This document shows, piece after piece, positions 46,964-55,898 of a DNA stretch of 64,000 nucleotides. The notes beneath the pieces were generated by a model. That model was not told where the DNA came from. It worked only from the letters and a program-made list of their open reading frames with translations, and ran no database searches. Position 1 is the stretch's first letter. The number at the start of each line of letters is the position of its first letter. The position numbers and the translations under genes are program-made. Origin of the DNA: Candidatus Latescibacterota bacterium (GTDB lineage Bacteria > Latescibacterota > UBA2968 > UBA8231); contig OZ253462.1 of the NCBI GenBank assembly GCA_965261395.1, positions 4,992,001 to 5,056,000 on the forward strand, given 5' to 3'.

Positions 46964-49465
46964 ATGGCTGAAAATTTAATCCTTCCACTTGAGGCTTTTG
47001 TTCGTTCAGTTGGCGTGAATCGAGCTACTCAGCATGCATTCTTCCTTGGTGCAGGCGCATCTGTTAGTTCTGGTGTCCCCTCTACCGAAGAATGTATATG
47101 GGAGTGGAAAAGAAGCATTTTCGCAACCAATAACCCAGGCCTCGAAGAGCAATTCTCTGAACTGTCCCTTTCCAACGTCCAGAGCCGCATTCAGAAATGG
47201 CTGGATCGAAAAGGCATATACCCAGAGGCTGGTAGCGCCGAAGAGTATGGGTTTTACATCGAACAATGCTACCCGATCGAGGAGGATTGCCGAGCGTATT
47301 TTCGAGACGGGATACGCTTCGCTAAGCCGCATGTGGGCTATCGTTTACTGGCACGTTTGGCTCAAGGCGACTTAGTACGGTACGTCTGGACAACAAATTT
47401 CGACGGATTGACTGCGCGAGCTTCTGCTGGTTTCAGCCTTATACCAATCGAAATTGGCATTGATTGCCAATATCGTTTGAAGCGGGTTCCATCCAAGGGG
47501 GAACTATTTTGCATTTCTCTACACGGAGATTACCGCTATGACTCCCTGAAGAACACACCAGAGGAGCTACAAACGCAAGAAATAGAACTCCGAGGGGCTC
47601 TTATTGAAAAACTCCGCAATACTCCACTGATAGTGACTGGCTATAGCGGGCGCGACCAATCAGTCATGGAAGCACTTAAAGACGCCTACACCGAACAGGG
47701 AACAGGAACTCTTTACTGGTGCGGGTATGGCGATGATGAGATGCCGGAACACATCGCCGATTTGATTAGACATGCAAGGACAAATGGACGACAAGCTTTT
47801 TATGTTCATTCACAAGGCTTCGACGATTTGATGGAACGCCTTGCCTTGCATTGTCTTGACGGCGAGGCACTCCAAGCGGCGAAAAACGATCTCTCCCGAA
47901 TAGAGACACAGCAAATCACAAGCAATGCATCTGAGATTGAGTTCCCCAAGCAGTGGCTAACGCGAGATGCCGACGTCCACGCCTCCCTCGTCCCCTATCG
48001 CCTGCTGGAAGAAACTCCTGACCTTTCCACCGGCGACCCCAATGCCGGCAACATGCTCATCCAAGGCGACAATCTGGAAGCACTGAAGGCACTGCTGCCA
48101 TTCTACGCCGGCCAAGTGAAGTGCATCTACATCGACCCACCGTATAACACGCGCTCGGCCTTTAAGCACTACGACGACAATCTCGAACACAGCAAGTGGC
48201 TGGCGATGATGTGGCCGCGCCTTGAACTTTTGCGTGAGATGTTGGCCGAGGATGGCTCTCTTTGGGTGTCCATTGACGATAACGAGGCGCACTACCTCAA
48301 GGTCATAATGGACGAAGTGTTCGAGCAGAAAAACTTCATAACCAATGTGGTTTGGCGAAAGAATTACGCGCCAAAGCCAAGCGCAAGGCATTTCTCCGAA
48401 GACCACGACCATATTTTGGTTTACGCTCGTAATGAGGATACCTGGATTCCCAACCCCATGCCGCCCACCGATAAACAAAACAGAGCGTATAGAAATCAGG
48501 ACAACGACCCGCGAGGGCCTTGGCGGCCCAATAATCTTACTGCTCGCAACTACTATAGCAGAGGGACTTATAGTATTCGCTGCCCAGGCGGACGTTTAAT
48601 TGAGGGACCACCTGCTGGTTCATATTGGCGAATTTCGGAAGAAAAATTTTGGGAGATGGATCGCGATGGGCGTATATGGTGGGGTAAGGACGGCAATAAC
48701 GTCCCTGCACCCAAGATTTATCTGAACGAGGTCAAGCAGGGCATTGTTCCGCAGACATTGTGGAATTACGAAGATGTTGGTCACACGCAGGACGCAAAAA
48801 AGGAAACTGTGAAGCTATTTGGTAGTGAAGTTTTCGGAACACCAAAACCCGAACGTCTTATCCAACGCATCCTCCACATCGCCACCAACACCGGCGACCT
48901 CGTCCTCGACTCCTTCCTCGGCTCCGGCACCACCGCCGCCGTAGCGCACAAGATGGGCCGCCGCTACATCGGCATTGAAATGGGAGAGCACGCCGTTAGC
49001 CATTGCGTCCCGCGCCTGAACAAAGTGATTGACGGCGAACAAGGCGGCATCTCCAAAAGTGTCGGCTGGCAGGGCGGCGGCGGGTTTCGCTTCTATCGCC
49101 TCGGCCCACCCATGTTCGATGAGGAAGGGCATATTCGCTCCGACATTCGCTTTTCCGTGCTCGCCGCTCACGTCTATTTCAGCGAAACCGGGCGTCCGTG
49201 GCGCGGTAACAGCGTTTCCCCCTTCCTTGGCCTGTACGATGGCCGCGCTTATGCACTGCTGTACAACGGCATCCTCGAAGACAAAGGCAACGTCTTAACC
49301 CGTGAGACCCTCGCTGTGATTCGAGAGGAGATTACGCGCAAAGATGCTGATTTCGCCGGGCCGCTCACAGTCTACGGCGAGCAGTCGCGCTTGACGCTAG
49401 CGACGCTCGACCGGGAGCGCATCGTCTTCAAACAGACGCCCTATGACGTGAAAGTAAGGACTTGA
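46964..49465 (+). CDS. mod: SIR2-domain / Type III R-M methyltransferase (Mod) fusion
   Basis: aa 1-~300: FLGAGASVSSG, TTNFD, LHGDYRY, GYSGRD, GFD; from aa 331: WLTRD, IQGDNL, IDPPY, TPKPE, DSFLGSGTT. Confidence 0.9.
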   Translation: MAENLILPLEAFVRSVGVNRATQHAFFLGAGASVSSGVPSTEECIWEWKRSIFATNNPGLEEQFSELSLSNVQSRIQKWLDRKGIYPEAGSAEEYGFYIEQCYPIEEDCRAYFRDGIRFAKPHVGYRLLARLAQGDLVRYVWTTNFDGLTARASAGFSLIPIEIGIDCQYRLKRVPSKGELFCISLHGDYRYDSLKNTPEELQTQEIELRGALIEKLRNTPLIVTGYSGRDQSVMEALKDAYTEQGTGTLYWCGYGDDEMPEHIADLIRHARTNGRQAFYVHSQGFDDLMERLALHCLDGEALQAAKNDLSRIETQQITSNASEIEFPKQWLTRDADVHASLVPYRLLEETPDLSTGDPNAGNMLIQGDNLEALKALLPFYAGQVKCIYIDPPYNTRSAFKHYDDNLEHSKWLAMMWPRLELLREMLAEDGSLWVSIDDNEAHYLKVIMDEVFEQKNFITNVVWRKNYAPKPSARHFSEDHDHILVYARNEDTWIPNPMPPTDKQNRAYRNQDNDPRGPWRPNNLTARNYYSRGTYSIRCPGGRLIEGPPAGSYWRISEEKFWEMDRDGRIWWGKDGNNVPAPKIYLNEVKQGIVPQTLWNYEDVGHTQDAKKETVKLFGSEVFGTPKPERLIQRILHIATNTGDLVLDSFLGSGTTAAVAHKMGRRYIGIEMGEHAVSHCVPRLNKVIDGEQGGISKSVGWQGGGGFRFYRLGPPMFDEEGHIRSDIRFSVLAAHVYFSETGRPWRGNSVSPFLGLYDGRAYALLYNGILEDKGNVLTRETLAVIREEITRKDADFAGPLTVYGEQSRLTLATLDRERIVFKQTPYDVKVRT
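49420..49465 (+). repeat. mod 3'-end repeat, copy 1
   Basis: CATCGTCTTCAAACAGACGCCCTA (24 bp) identical to 51268..51291. Confidence 0.9.
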
Positions 49466-49496
49466 GACGCGAATCTGACCAGAAAGGAGATTCAAT

Positions 49497-51248
49497 ATGT
49501 ACCAAACCGGTGACACTATCCGAAAAATTCTTTATGAAATCGAGCGCCATGATATTGTGTTGCCCGCCATCCAACGCGAGTTCGTATGGAAGCCGGAACA
49601 AATCTGCCAGCTATTTGACAGCATCATGCAGGGATACCCCTTTGGTACCTTTCTCTACTGGAAGGTCCAGCCGGAAAACAGTACTAAATTCCAATTCTAC
49701 GATTTCGTTCTCAATTATCATGAGCGGGACGACCCCCATTGCCCGCAACTGTCCCCGATGCCGAATCGGCAGTTGACGGCAGTACTCGATGGACAGCAGC
49801 GCCTGACCGCACTGAATATCGGCCTGCGTGGGACCATGGCTTGGAAGTTGCCGTACAAGTTTCGGACTAATCCCGATGCCTTCCCTGAGCGTCGTCTTTA
49901 CCTAGACCTCCTTTGGAACCCTGACGAAGAGGACGAAACGGGGAGACAGTACCACTTCGATTTTCTGACAGAAAAAGAAAGTCAAGAGAGCGATGAGAGA
50001 GAGGGGGAATGCTATTTTCCTGTTGCGGATATACTGCCGATGGCCGGGGGGCTTCCTATGGTAGAGTGGCTAAACCAGCGGCTGCCGCAGGAACAAGTGA
50101 ACCAAGCTTTCAGCACGCTCGATAAACTTCACCGGGTTGTACATGCTGAAAAGATAGTGGCCTTTTACGAAGAACGCAGCCAAGAGCTCGAGAAAGTCCT
50201 CCAGATCTTCATTCGTACGAACAGCGGTGGGACCATTCTCTCGTATTCGGACTTGCTGCTTTCGGTCGCGGTCGCGCTATGGAGAAAGCGTGACGCCCGA
50301 GAAGAGATTCATGCGCTGGTGGATGAGCTTAACAGAATTGGCAGCGGCTTCTTTTTCTCCCAAGACTTGGTTCTCAAGGCTGGGCTGATGCTGAGCGACA
50401 TCGGCAGCGTTGGCTTTAAGGTGGATAACTTCAACCGAGAGAATATGGCCAAGTTAGAAGAGAAGTGGAACGATATAAAACAAGCCCTGATCTTGACAGT
50501 CCAGCTAGTTTCCCGTTTCGGCTTCAATGGACAGACCTTGAGTGCAGACAGTTCCATTCTGCCGATTGCGTACTATCTCTACATGCGAGACCCAGGAGAA
50601 TCCTATCTAACGAACAGTAGGTTCAAACAGGATCGGCAGGAGATCCGTAAATGGCTAATTCGGAGCCTCCTGAAGGCTGGCATCTGGGGTAGCGGCTTGG
50701 ATACACTGCTGACTGCGCTCAGGCAGATCATTAAAGAGAATAGCAGCAATGATTTTCCTGTCACCCGGATTCGTGAAGAAATGACACGCCGGGGCAAATC
50801 GCTTGTCTTTGAGAAGGAAGAACTGGAGGAGTTGGCTGATATGCAGTACGGTAACAAGCTCACATTCGCTCTGCTGTCACAAATATTCCCCTTCATTGAT
50901 CTGAGCAACCATTTCCACATAGACCATATCTTTCCCCAATCTCGATTTACCGATCGGCGACTTAGAGATGCAGGTGTCCCGGATGACAAGGTAGAAGATT
51001 TCAAACAGCTCAAAAATGGACTTGCCAATCTTCAACTGCTTCAAGGTCCAGAGAACAACGAAAAACGCGCCAAGATGCCGGCTGATTGGCTATCCCAAAT
51101 GTACCGTGATGATCCCAAGGGCAAGCAGGCAGACAAAGACCGGCACTTGCTAGGAGAGGTTCCGGAGGAAATAACAGAGTTCGATGTTTTCTACGCTGCT
51201 AGGAGAGCACGTTTGAAGTCGAAAATCGACCAGTTGCTGGGGAGTTGA
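49497..51248 (+). CDS. GmrSD-like DUF262 + DUF1524 (HNH) Type IV nuclease
   Basis: PAIQREFVW, DGQQRLT, FIRTNS, HIDHIFP...NLQLL...N. Confidence 0.88.
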   Translation: MYQTGDTIRKILYEIERHDIVLPAIQREFVWKPEQICQLFDSIMQGYPFGTFLYWKVQPENSTKFQFYDFVLNYHERDDPHCPQLSPMPNRQLTAVLDGQQRLTALNIGLRGTMAWKLPYKFRTNPDAFPERRLYLDLLWNPDEEDETGRQYHFDFLTEKESQESDEREGECYFPVADILPMAGGLPMVEWLNQRLPQEQVNQAFSTLDKLHRVVHAEKIVAFYEERSQELEKVLQIFIRTNSGGTILSYSDLLLSVAVALWRKRDAREEIHALVDELNRIGSGFFFSQDLVLKAGLMLSDIGSVGFKVDNFNRENMAKLEEKWNDIKQALILTVQLVSRFGFNGQTLSADSSILPIAYYLYMRDPGESYLTNSRFKQDRQEIRKWLIRSLLKAGIWGSGLDTLLTALRQIIKENSSNDFPVTRIREEMTRRGKSLVFEKEELEELADMQYGNKLTFALLSQIFPFIDLSNHFHIDHIFPQSRFTDRRLRDAGVPDDKVEDFKQLKNGLANLQLLQGPENNEKRAKMPADWLSQMYRDDPKGKQADKDRHLLGEVPEEITEFDVFYAARRARLKSKIDQLLGS

Positions 51249-51267
51249 TTCCCCACTGGCGGGAGGA

Positions 51268-51313
51268 CATCGTCTTCAAACAGACGCCCTACGATATCAA
51301 AGCGCGCACCTGA
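51268..51313 (+). repeat. mod 3'-end repeat, copy 2 (orphan IVFKQTPYDIKART*)
   Basis: Ends 3 nt before the res ATG. Confidence 0.88.
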
Positions 51314-51316
51314 TCC

Positions 51317-54001
51317 ATGCAGCTAAAACAATATCAAGCCGACACCCTCTCCGTCCTGCGCCGCTTCTTCGAGGAAGCGCGTATCGCCGGCCCCAAAAAC
51401 GCCTACGAAGCCATAACCCAAGAGCCAGAGCAGGCTGCGCGGCTTAGAGGCTATGCCGAATCTTACGCACCGCTAAAAGAATTGCCAGACGTTCCCTACG
51501 TCTGCCTGCGCCTACCCACCGGCGGCGGCAAAACAATCCTCGCCGCCCACGCCGTCTCCATCGCCCGCAATGCTTGGATCGAAAAGGACTATCCATTAGT
51601 GCTGTGGCTGGTGCCGACCAAAACCATCCGTCGACAGACAGTCGAGGCGCTGAAAAACACCCGCCACGCTTATCGGCAAGTGCTGGACGACGCTTTCGAC
51701 GGCCGGGTGCGCGTATTCGACATCGCCGACTTCACCCATATCCGGCCGCACGACTTGCGCGACCACTGCTGCATTGTGGTCGGCACCATTCAAACGCTGC
51801 GGGTGTCGAACACCGAAGGGCGCAAAGTGTACGCCCACAACGAGGAGATGGAACCGCACTTCTCCGGCGTCCGGGATACTGCGCCTGGCTTGGAAAAGCT
51901 GGACAATGGCACCGTCAAATTCTCCTTCGCCAACCTGCTGCATCGCCATCAGCCCCTGATGATAGTCGATGAGGCACACAACGCCGTCACCGGCCTGACG
52001 CGGGAAATGCAGGCGCGAGTCAACCCCTGCGCCATCGTCGAATTCACGGCAACCCCGCAGCGCAAGTCGAACATCCTACACAGCGTCACCGCCCAAGAAC
52101 TCAAGCGAGAAGAAATGATCAAACTGCCCATCATGCTCGCCGAGCACGACACTTGGCAAAACGCGGTGAACGGGGCCATTGCCGCCTGTGCTTCACTAGC
52201 AGAGACTGCGAAGGACGATGCCGACTACATCCGTCCCATCATCTTGTTCCAAGCGCAGCCGAAAAACCAAGAGGTAACAGTCGCGGCTCTGAAAAATCAC
52301 CTGATGGACATTGAGCAAATCCCGGAAAGCAAAATCGCCATTGCCACCGGCGACCAACGCGAACTCGACGGCATCGACTTGTTCGACCGCACCTGTCCCA
52401 TCGAATACGTCATTACGATCGAGGCGCTCAAAGAAGGCTGGGACTGCTCCTTCGCCTACATTTTCTGCTCCGTATCGCGCATCCAAAGTGCAACAGACGT
52501 GGAGCAACTGCTCGGCCGCGTACTGCGGATGCCCTATGCCACGCGCCGCCAAGCACCCGGCCTCAACAAAGCCTACGCCTTCCTATCCGAGCCATCTTTT
52601 GGCGAAGCCGCGCGCGCCTTGGCCGACAAATTGGTGGACATGGGCTTTGAGGAAGACGAAGCCCTCGACCACATCGAGCCGGTGCAGCGCACGCTCGACT
52701 TCCAGAGAGACTTGTTCAGTCCGCAGGAAAAGCCGGAGCCGATATTCAGCTATACGACCCCGGCAACCCCAGAAATCCTGTCCGAACTCAGAGAGGCAGT
52801 GCACGACGGGCTGCTAGTACGCGAAACCGCTGAAGGGCAGGTCGAGATCGCGCTTACTGGCTGGATCAATCAGGACCGCAAGCAGGTGATTTTGGAGGCA
52901 TTGCCCGAGCAAGAGCGAAAAGGTTTTGCCACTGCCGTTACCCAATACCGCGCCGCAGTCAAGGAGCAAATATCCCCTGCCGAACAGGGGCAGCCATTCA
53001 AAGTCCCACGCCTGATGTCGGAAATCCAGGGCACGCTGGAATTCGCCGATACGGACGTGTTCATGGAATACCACGACTGGTCGCTACTCGATTATTCGCC
53101 AAAAATGGACGAACAGGAGTTCACTATCCACGAGACAGCGCGCAGTTTTGCAATAGACATTGACGGCAATCGCATCACCTACCAGTTCGCCAGCGAAGAG
53201 GAGCAATTGGCGCTGGACATTGCCGTCGAAGGCTGGACCGCTGAAGCGCTCGTCCTGTGGCTCGATCGGCAGGTACGCCAGATGGACATTCACCAGAGTG
53301 AATTACTCAAATGGCTGCGCCAACTGGTCAATCACCTGCTCAACACACGCGGCATGACCATCTCCGCGCTAATGCGTTGCAAATTCCTGCTCGCCAAGAA
53401 AACCGAGTACAAGATCGCGGCCATTCGCCAAAAGCAACGAAGCAGCGTCTATCAGCAGTACCTCTTGGTGCCCAAGGCCAACACAACGGTCTCGTTCGAT
53501 ACGGCCTTCACATTTGTGGACAACATGTATTGGGATCAACGGCGCTATCGCGGGCGCTGGAAACCAAGCAAGCACTTTTTAGGCCCAGATCGCGTTCCCG
53601 CCTTTGACGGTGCGGACGACGGCGAGGAAATGCGATGCGCTCAGGTCATCGACAGTCTAGCGGCAGTGAAGTACTGGATTCGCAATGTAGCGCGCCATCC
53701 CAACTCGTTTTGGCTGCCCACCGCAACAGACAAATTCTACCCGGACTTTGTCGCTTTGCTAAACGATGATCATCTCCTCGTCGTCGAATACAAGGGAGCG
53801 CATATCGCCGAAGGATCGGATACCAACGAGAAGCGGACCATTGGTGCTCTTTGGGAGAAGTCGAGCGACGGCAAGGGCCTGTTCATCATCGCGGAGCAAA
53901 TGGTCGATGGGAAGGACGTGCGGCAGCAGTTGCAAGAAAAAACCTGTGGCCACCCCATCGCGTCTCTTCCACCCAAACGCATCCCCAAGGAACCGTCTTA
54001 G
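51317..54001 (+). CDS. res: Type III restriction endonuclease Res subunit
   Basis: LKQYQ, PTGGGKT, DEAH, TATP, LKEGWD, QLLGRVLR; C-terminal FYPDF...VEYKG nuclease motif. Confidence 0.92.
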   Translation: MQLKQYQADTLSVLRRFFEEARIAGPKNAYEAITQEPEQAARLRGYAESYAPLKELPDVPYVCLRLPTGGGKTILAAHAVSIARNAWIEKDYPLVLWLVPTKTIRRQTVEALKNTRHAYRQVLDDAFDGRVRVFDIADFTHIRPHDLRDHCCIVVGTIQTLRVSNTEGRKVYAHNEEMEPHFSGVRDTAPGLEKLDNGTVKFSFANLLHRHQPLMIVDEAHNAVTGLTREMQARVNPCAIVEFTATPQRKSNILHSVTAQELKREEMIKLPIMLAEHDTWQNAVNGAIAACASLAETAKDDADYIRPIILFQAQPKNQEVTVAALKNHLMDIEQIPESKIAIATGDQRELDGIDLFDRTCPIEYVITIEALKEGWDCSFAYIFCSVSRIQSATDVEQLLGRVLRMPYATRRQAPGLNKAYAFLSEPSFGEAARALADKLVDMGFEEDEALDHIEPVQRTLDFQRDLFSPQEKPEPIFSYTTPATPEILSELREAVHDGLLVRETAEGQVEIALTGWINQDRKQVILEALPEQERKGFATAVTQYRAAVKEQISPAEQGQPFKVPRLMSEIQGTLEFADTDVFMEYHDWSLLDYSPKMDEQEFTIHETARSFAIDIDGNRITYQFASEEEQLALDIAVEGWTAEALVLWLDRQVRQMDIHQSELLKWLRQLVNHLLNTRGMTISALMRCKFLLAKKTEYKIAAIRQKQRSSVYQQYLLVPKANTTVSFDTAFTFVDNMYWDQRRYRGRWKPSKHFLGPDRVPAFDGADDGEEMRCAQVIDSLAAVKYWIRNVARHPNSFWLPTATDKFYPDFVALLNDDHLLVVEYKGAHIAEGSDTNEKRTIGALWEKSSDGKGLFIIAEQMVDGKDVRQQLQEKTCGHPIASLPPKRIPKEPS

Positions 54002-54158
54002 AGCGACTTCTGCGCCTCCGGTTGTGGCGCGCAGCGCGTCGCTTGTGCGTACGGTCGCCCTGCCACTTCCGCCAACAATTCCTCGCAATGCACATACAGA
54101 CCCAACTGCCGTCGCGTGGCTTCCATCGGCCCGACGATCCCAAGGCGCACCGCAGCGC

Positions 54159-54311
54159 TCATCTGGTCTCTGAGCACTTGAAACATGTAAAGCTGTAATC
54201 GGCCTCGACCTTGGGGCTAAGAATCTTCAACGGTGCGACGGCCAAGCAAGATGTCAACCGCGACCTTCCCCCGACGCGGCTCACTTCGACGATGGACCAA
54301 GCCTCGTCCAT
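54159..54311 (-). pseudogene. Possible N-terminal remnant of a UreD-like gene
   Basis: MDEAWSIVEVSRVGGRSRL...PLKILSP, then loss of similarity and early stop. Confidence 0.35.
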
Positions 54312-54316
54312 GCCGA

Positions 54317-55090
54317 TCAGATCGGCGCTAACCAACCCCCATCGACCGGCAACGCCGTCCCCGTAATCCACTCCGCGTCATCCGAGGCAAAAAACGCCAC
54401 CGCCCGCCCAATGTCCCTCGGCAAGCCCAAGCGCGGCAAGGGCGTATCCCGCCGACATTGCTCGATGATCTCCGGGGTTAAATAGTCTTGGATCGGCGTC
54501 TCGATATAGCCCGGGCATACCGCGTTGACCGTGACGTTGTCCCCAGCCAGTTCCAACGCCGAATCCCGCGTCAGATTCACCACCCCGGCCTTAGTCGGCG
54601 CATAGGCCGGACCGCCACCGCCGCCGAAGGCGTGGACCGAGGCAATGTTGACGATGCGCCCAGCCGCGGATTTTCGCAGATAGGGCGCGGCAAATTTGGT
54701 CGAGAGGAAGATCGAGCGCAGATTGACCCCCACGACCCGGTCCCACGCCTCGACGGATAGTTCTTGGCTGTCTCCCAGTATGATGATCCCGGCGTTGTTG
54801 ACCAAAATATCCACCCCGCCAAAGCGCTCGACACTGCGGGCGATTAGCTTTTCCACTGCCTTTTCGTCGGCCACATCAGTCTCGACGAAGAGCGCCTCGC
54901 CGCCCTCCTCGGCAATAATCTCGGCCGTGGGTGGCTGCGGCGCGGTCTCGTGAAACCTGCCGATCTTGGGCGCTTCCTGTATATCGGCCACTGCAACCTT
55001 GGCCCCTTCGCGGGCCAGTTCGAGACAAATACCCCGCCCAATCCCCGAACTCCCTCCGGTAACAACGGCGATGCGATCCTGCAAACGCAT
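54317..55090 (-). CDS. SDR family oxidoreductase
   Basis: TGGSSGIG, NNAG, YAPTK, VNAVCPG, VDGG. Confidence 0.93.
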   Translation of the reverse strand: MRLQDRIAVVTGGSSGIGRGICLELAREGAKVAVADIQEAPKIGRFHETAPQPPTAEIIAEEGGEALFVETDVADEKAVEKLIARSVERFGGVDILVNNAGIIILGDSQELSVEAWDRVVGVNLRSIFLSTKFAAPYLRKSAAGRIVNIASVHAFGGGGGPAYAPTKAGVVNLTRDSALELAGDNVTVNAVCPGYIETPIQDYLTPEIIEQCRRDTPLPRLGLPRDIGRAVAFFASDDAEWITGTALPVDGGWLAPI

Positions 55091-55220
55091 GGATTTTCCT
55101 CCTGTTTGTCGCAGAATCTATGGCGGCTGGACAAGGGAGACAAGGCGGATCGGCCTGTCGATCCGGCCATTTGATGTGGCAGCAAATTGACTCTAAAATA
55201 GACCAAGAGGAGAATTTATC

Positions 55221-55841
55221 ATGCCTGTGAGACTATTCATTGTGGGATGCAAAAACCCGCTCTACGCCATCGCCTGCTGTCTATGCCTGTCCTTTGGGGC
55301 CGCCGCAGCCGACGACTCCATCCGCGCCCAGATCGAAGTCCTCCGCGCCGCCAAAGATAGCTTGCTCAAAAGTGAGGATTCGCCGCTGCTGCCAGCGCAA
55401 CGCGCCCGCTTTGAACAGCTTGCGTACTATCCCATCGACTTCCGCTATCGTCTGCGGGGCGAGCTGCATATCTACGGTCGCCAGCGCATCGTCGAAATTC
55501 CCAATACCGACGACACCACCACCGAACTCGAGCGATTGGGGCGCTTTGTTTCGGCCTTTGGCGAAAAAGTCTTTTGGCTGGAGGTGTACCGCAGTCCGCA
55601 AACCGGCGAAACAGAAGTCTTCTTCAAGGATCCGACCAACGGCCATACCACGTATGGGGGCGGGCGCTACGCGCGCCTGATTCGAGAGGACGATGGTATG
55701 TATGTCATCGATTTCAATAACGCTTATAATCCATACTGTGCGTACAATCCCGCCTATATTTGCCCGCTGCCTCCGCGACAAAACTACCTCGATTTCGCCG
55801 TGGAGGCTGGTGAGCTAATGAGCGCTGCCGACTCACGCTGA
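55221..55841 (+). CDS. DUF1684 domain protein
   Basis: FKDPTNG..TYGGGRY, DFNNAYNPYCAYN, CPLPP, VEAGE. Confidence 0.9.
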   Translation: MPVRLFIVGCKNPLYAIACCLCLSFGAAAADDSIRAQIEVLRAAKDSLLKSEDSPLLPAQRARFEQLAYYPIDFRYRLRGELHIYGRQRIVEIPNTDDTTTELERLGRFVSAFGEKVFWLEVYRSPQTGETEVFFKDPTNGHTTYGGGRYARLIREDDGMYVIDFNNAYNPYCAYNPAYICPLPPRQNYLDFAVEAGELMSAADSR

Positions 55842-55898
55842 TGCGCGGTGCGCGTTTTTTGCGTATAATTTTCAGCGCACCCTCTCCCCCTGAACAGC

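Noticed and set aside
46964-49465. Phase-variable mod (phasevarion) or a complete SPARSA system
   Set aside because: No simple-sequence repeat tract seen in mod; no APAZ or PIWI/MID domain in the window
49462-49776. 104-aa ORF overlapping the mod stop
   Set aside because: Out-of-frame overlap with the DUF262 gene, which has its own AAGGAG RBS
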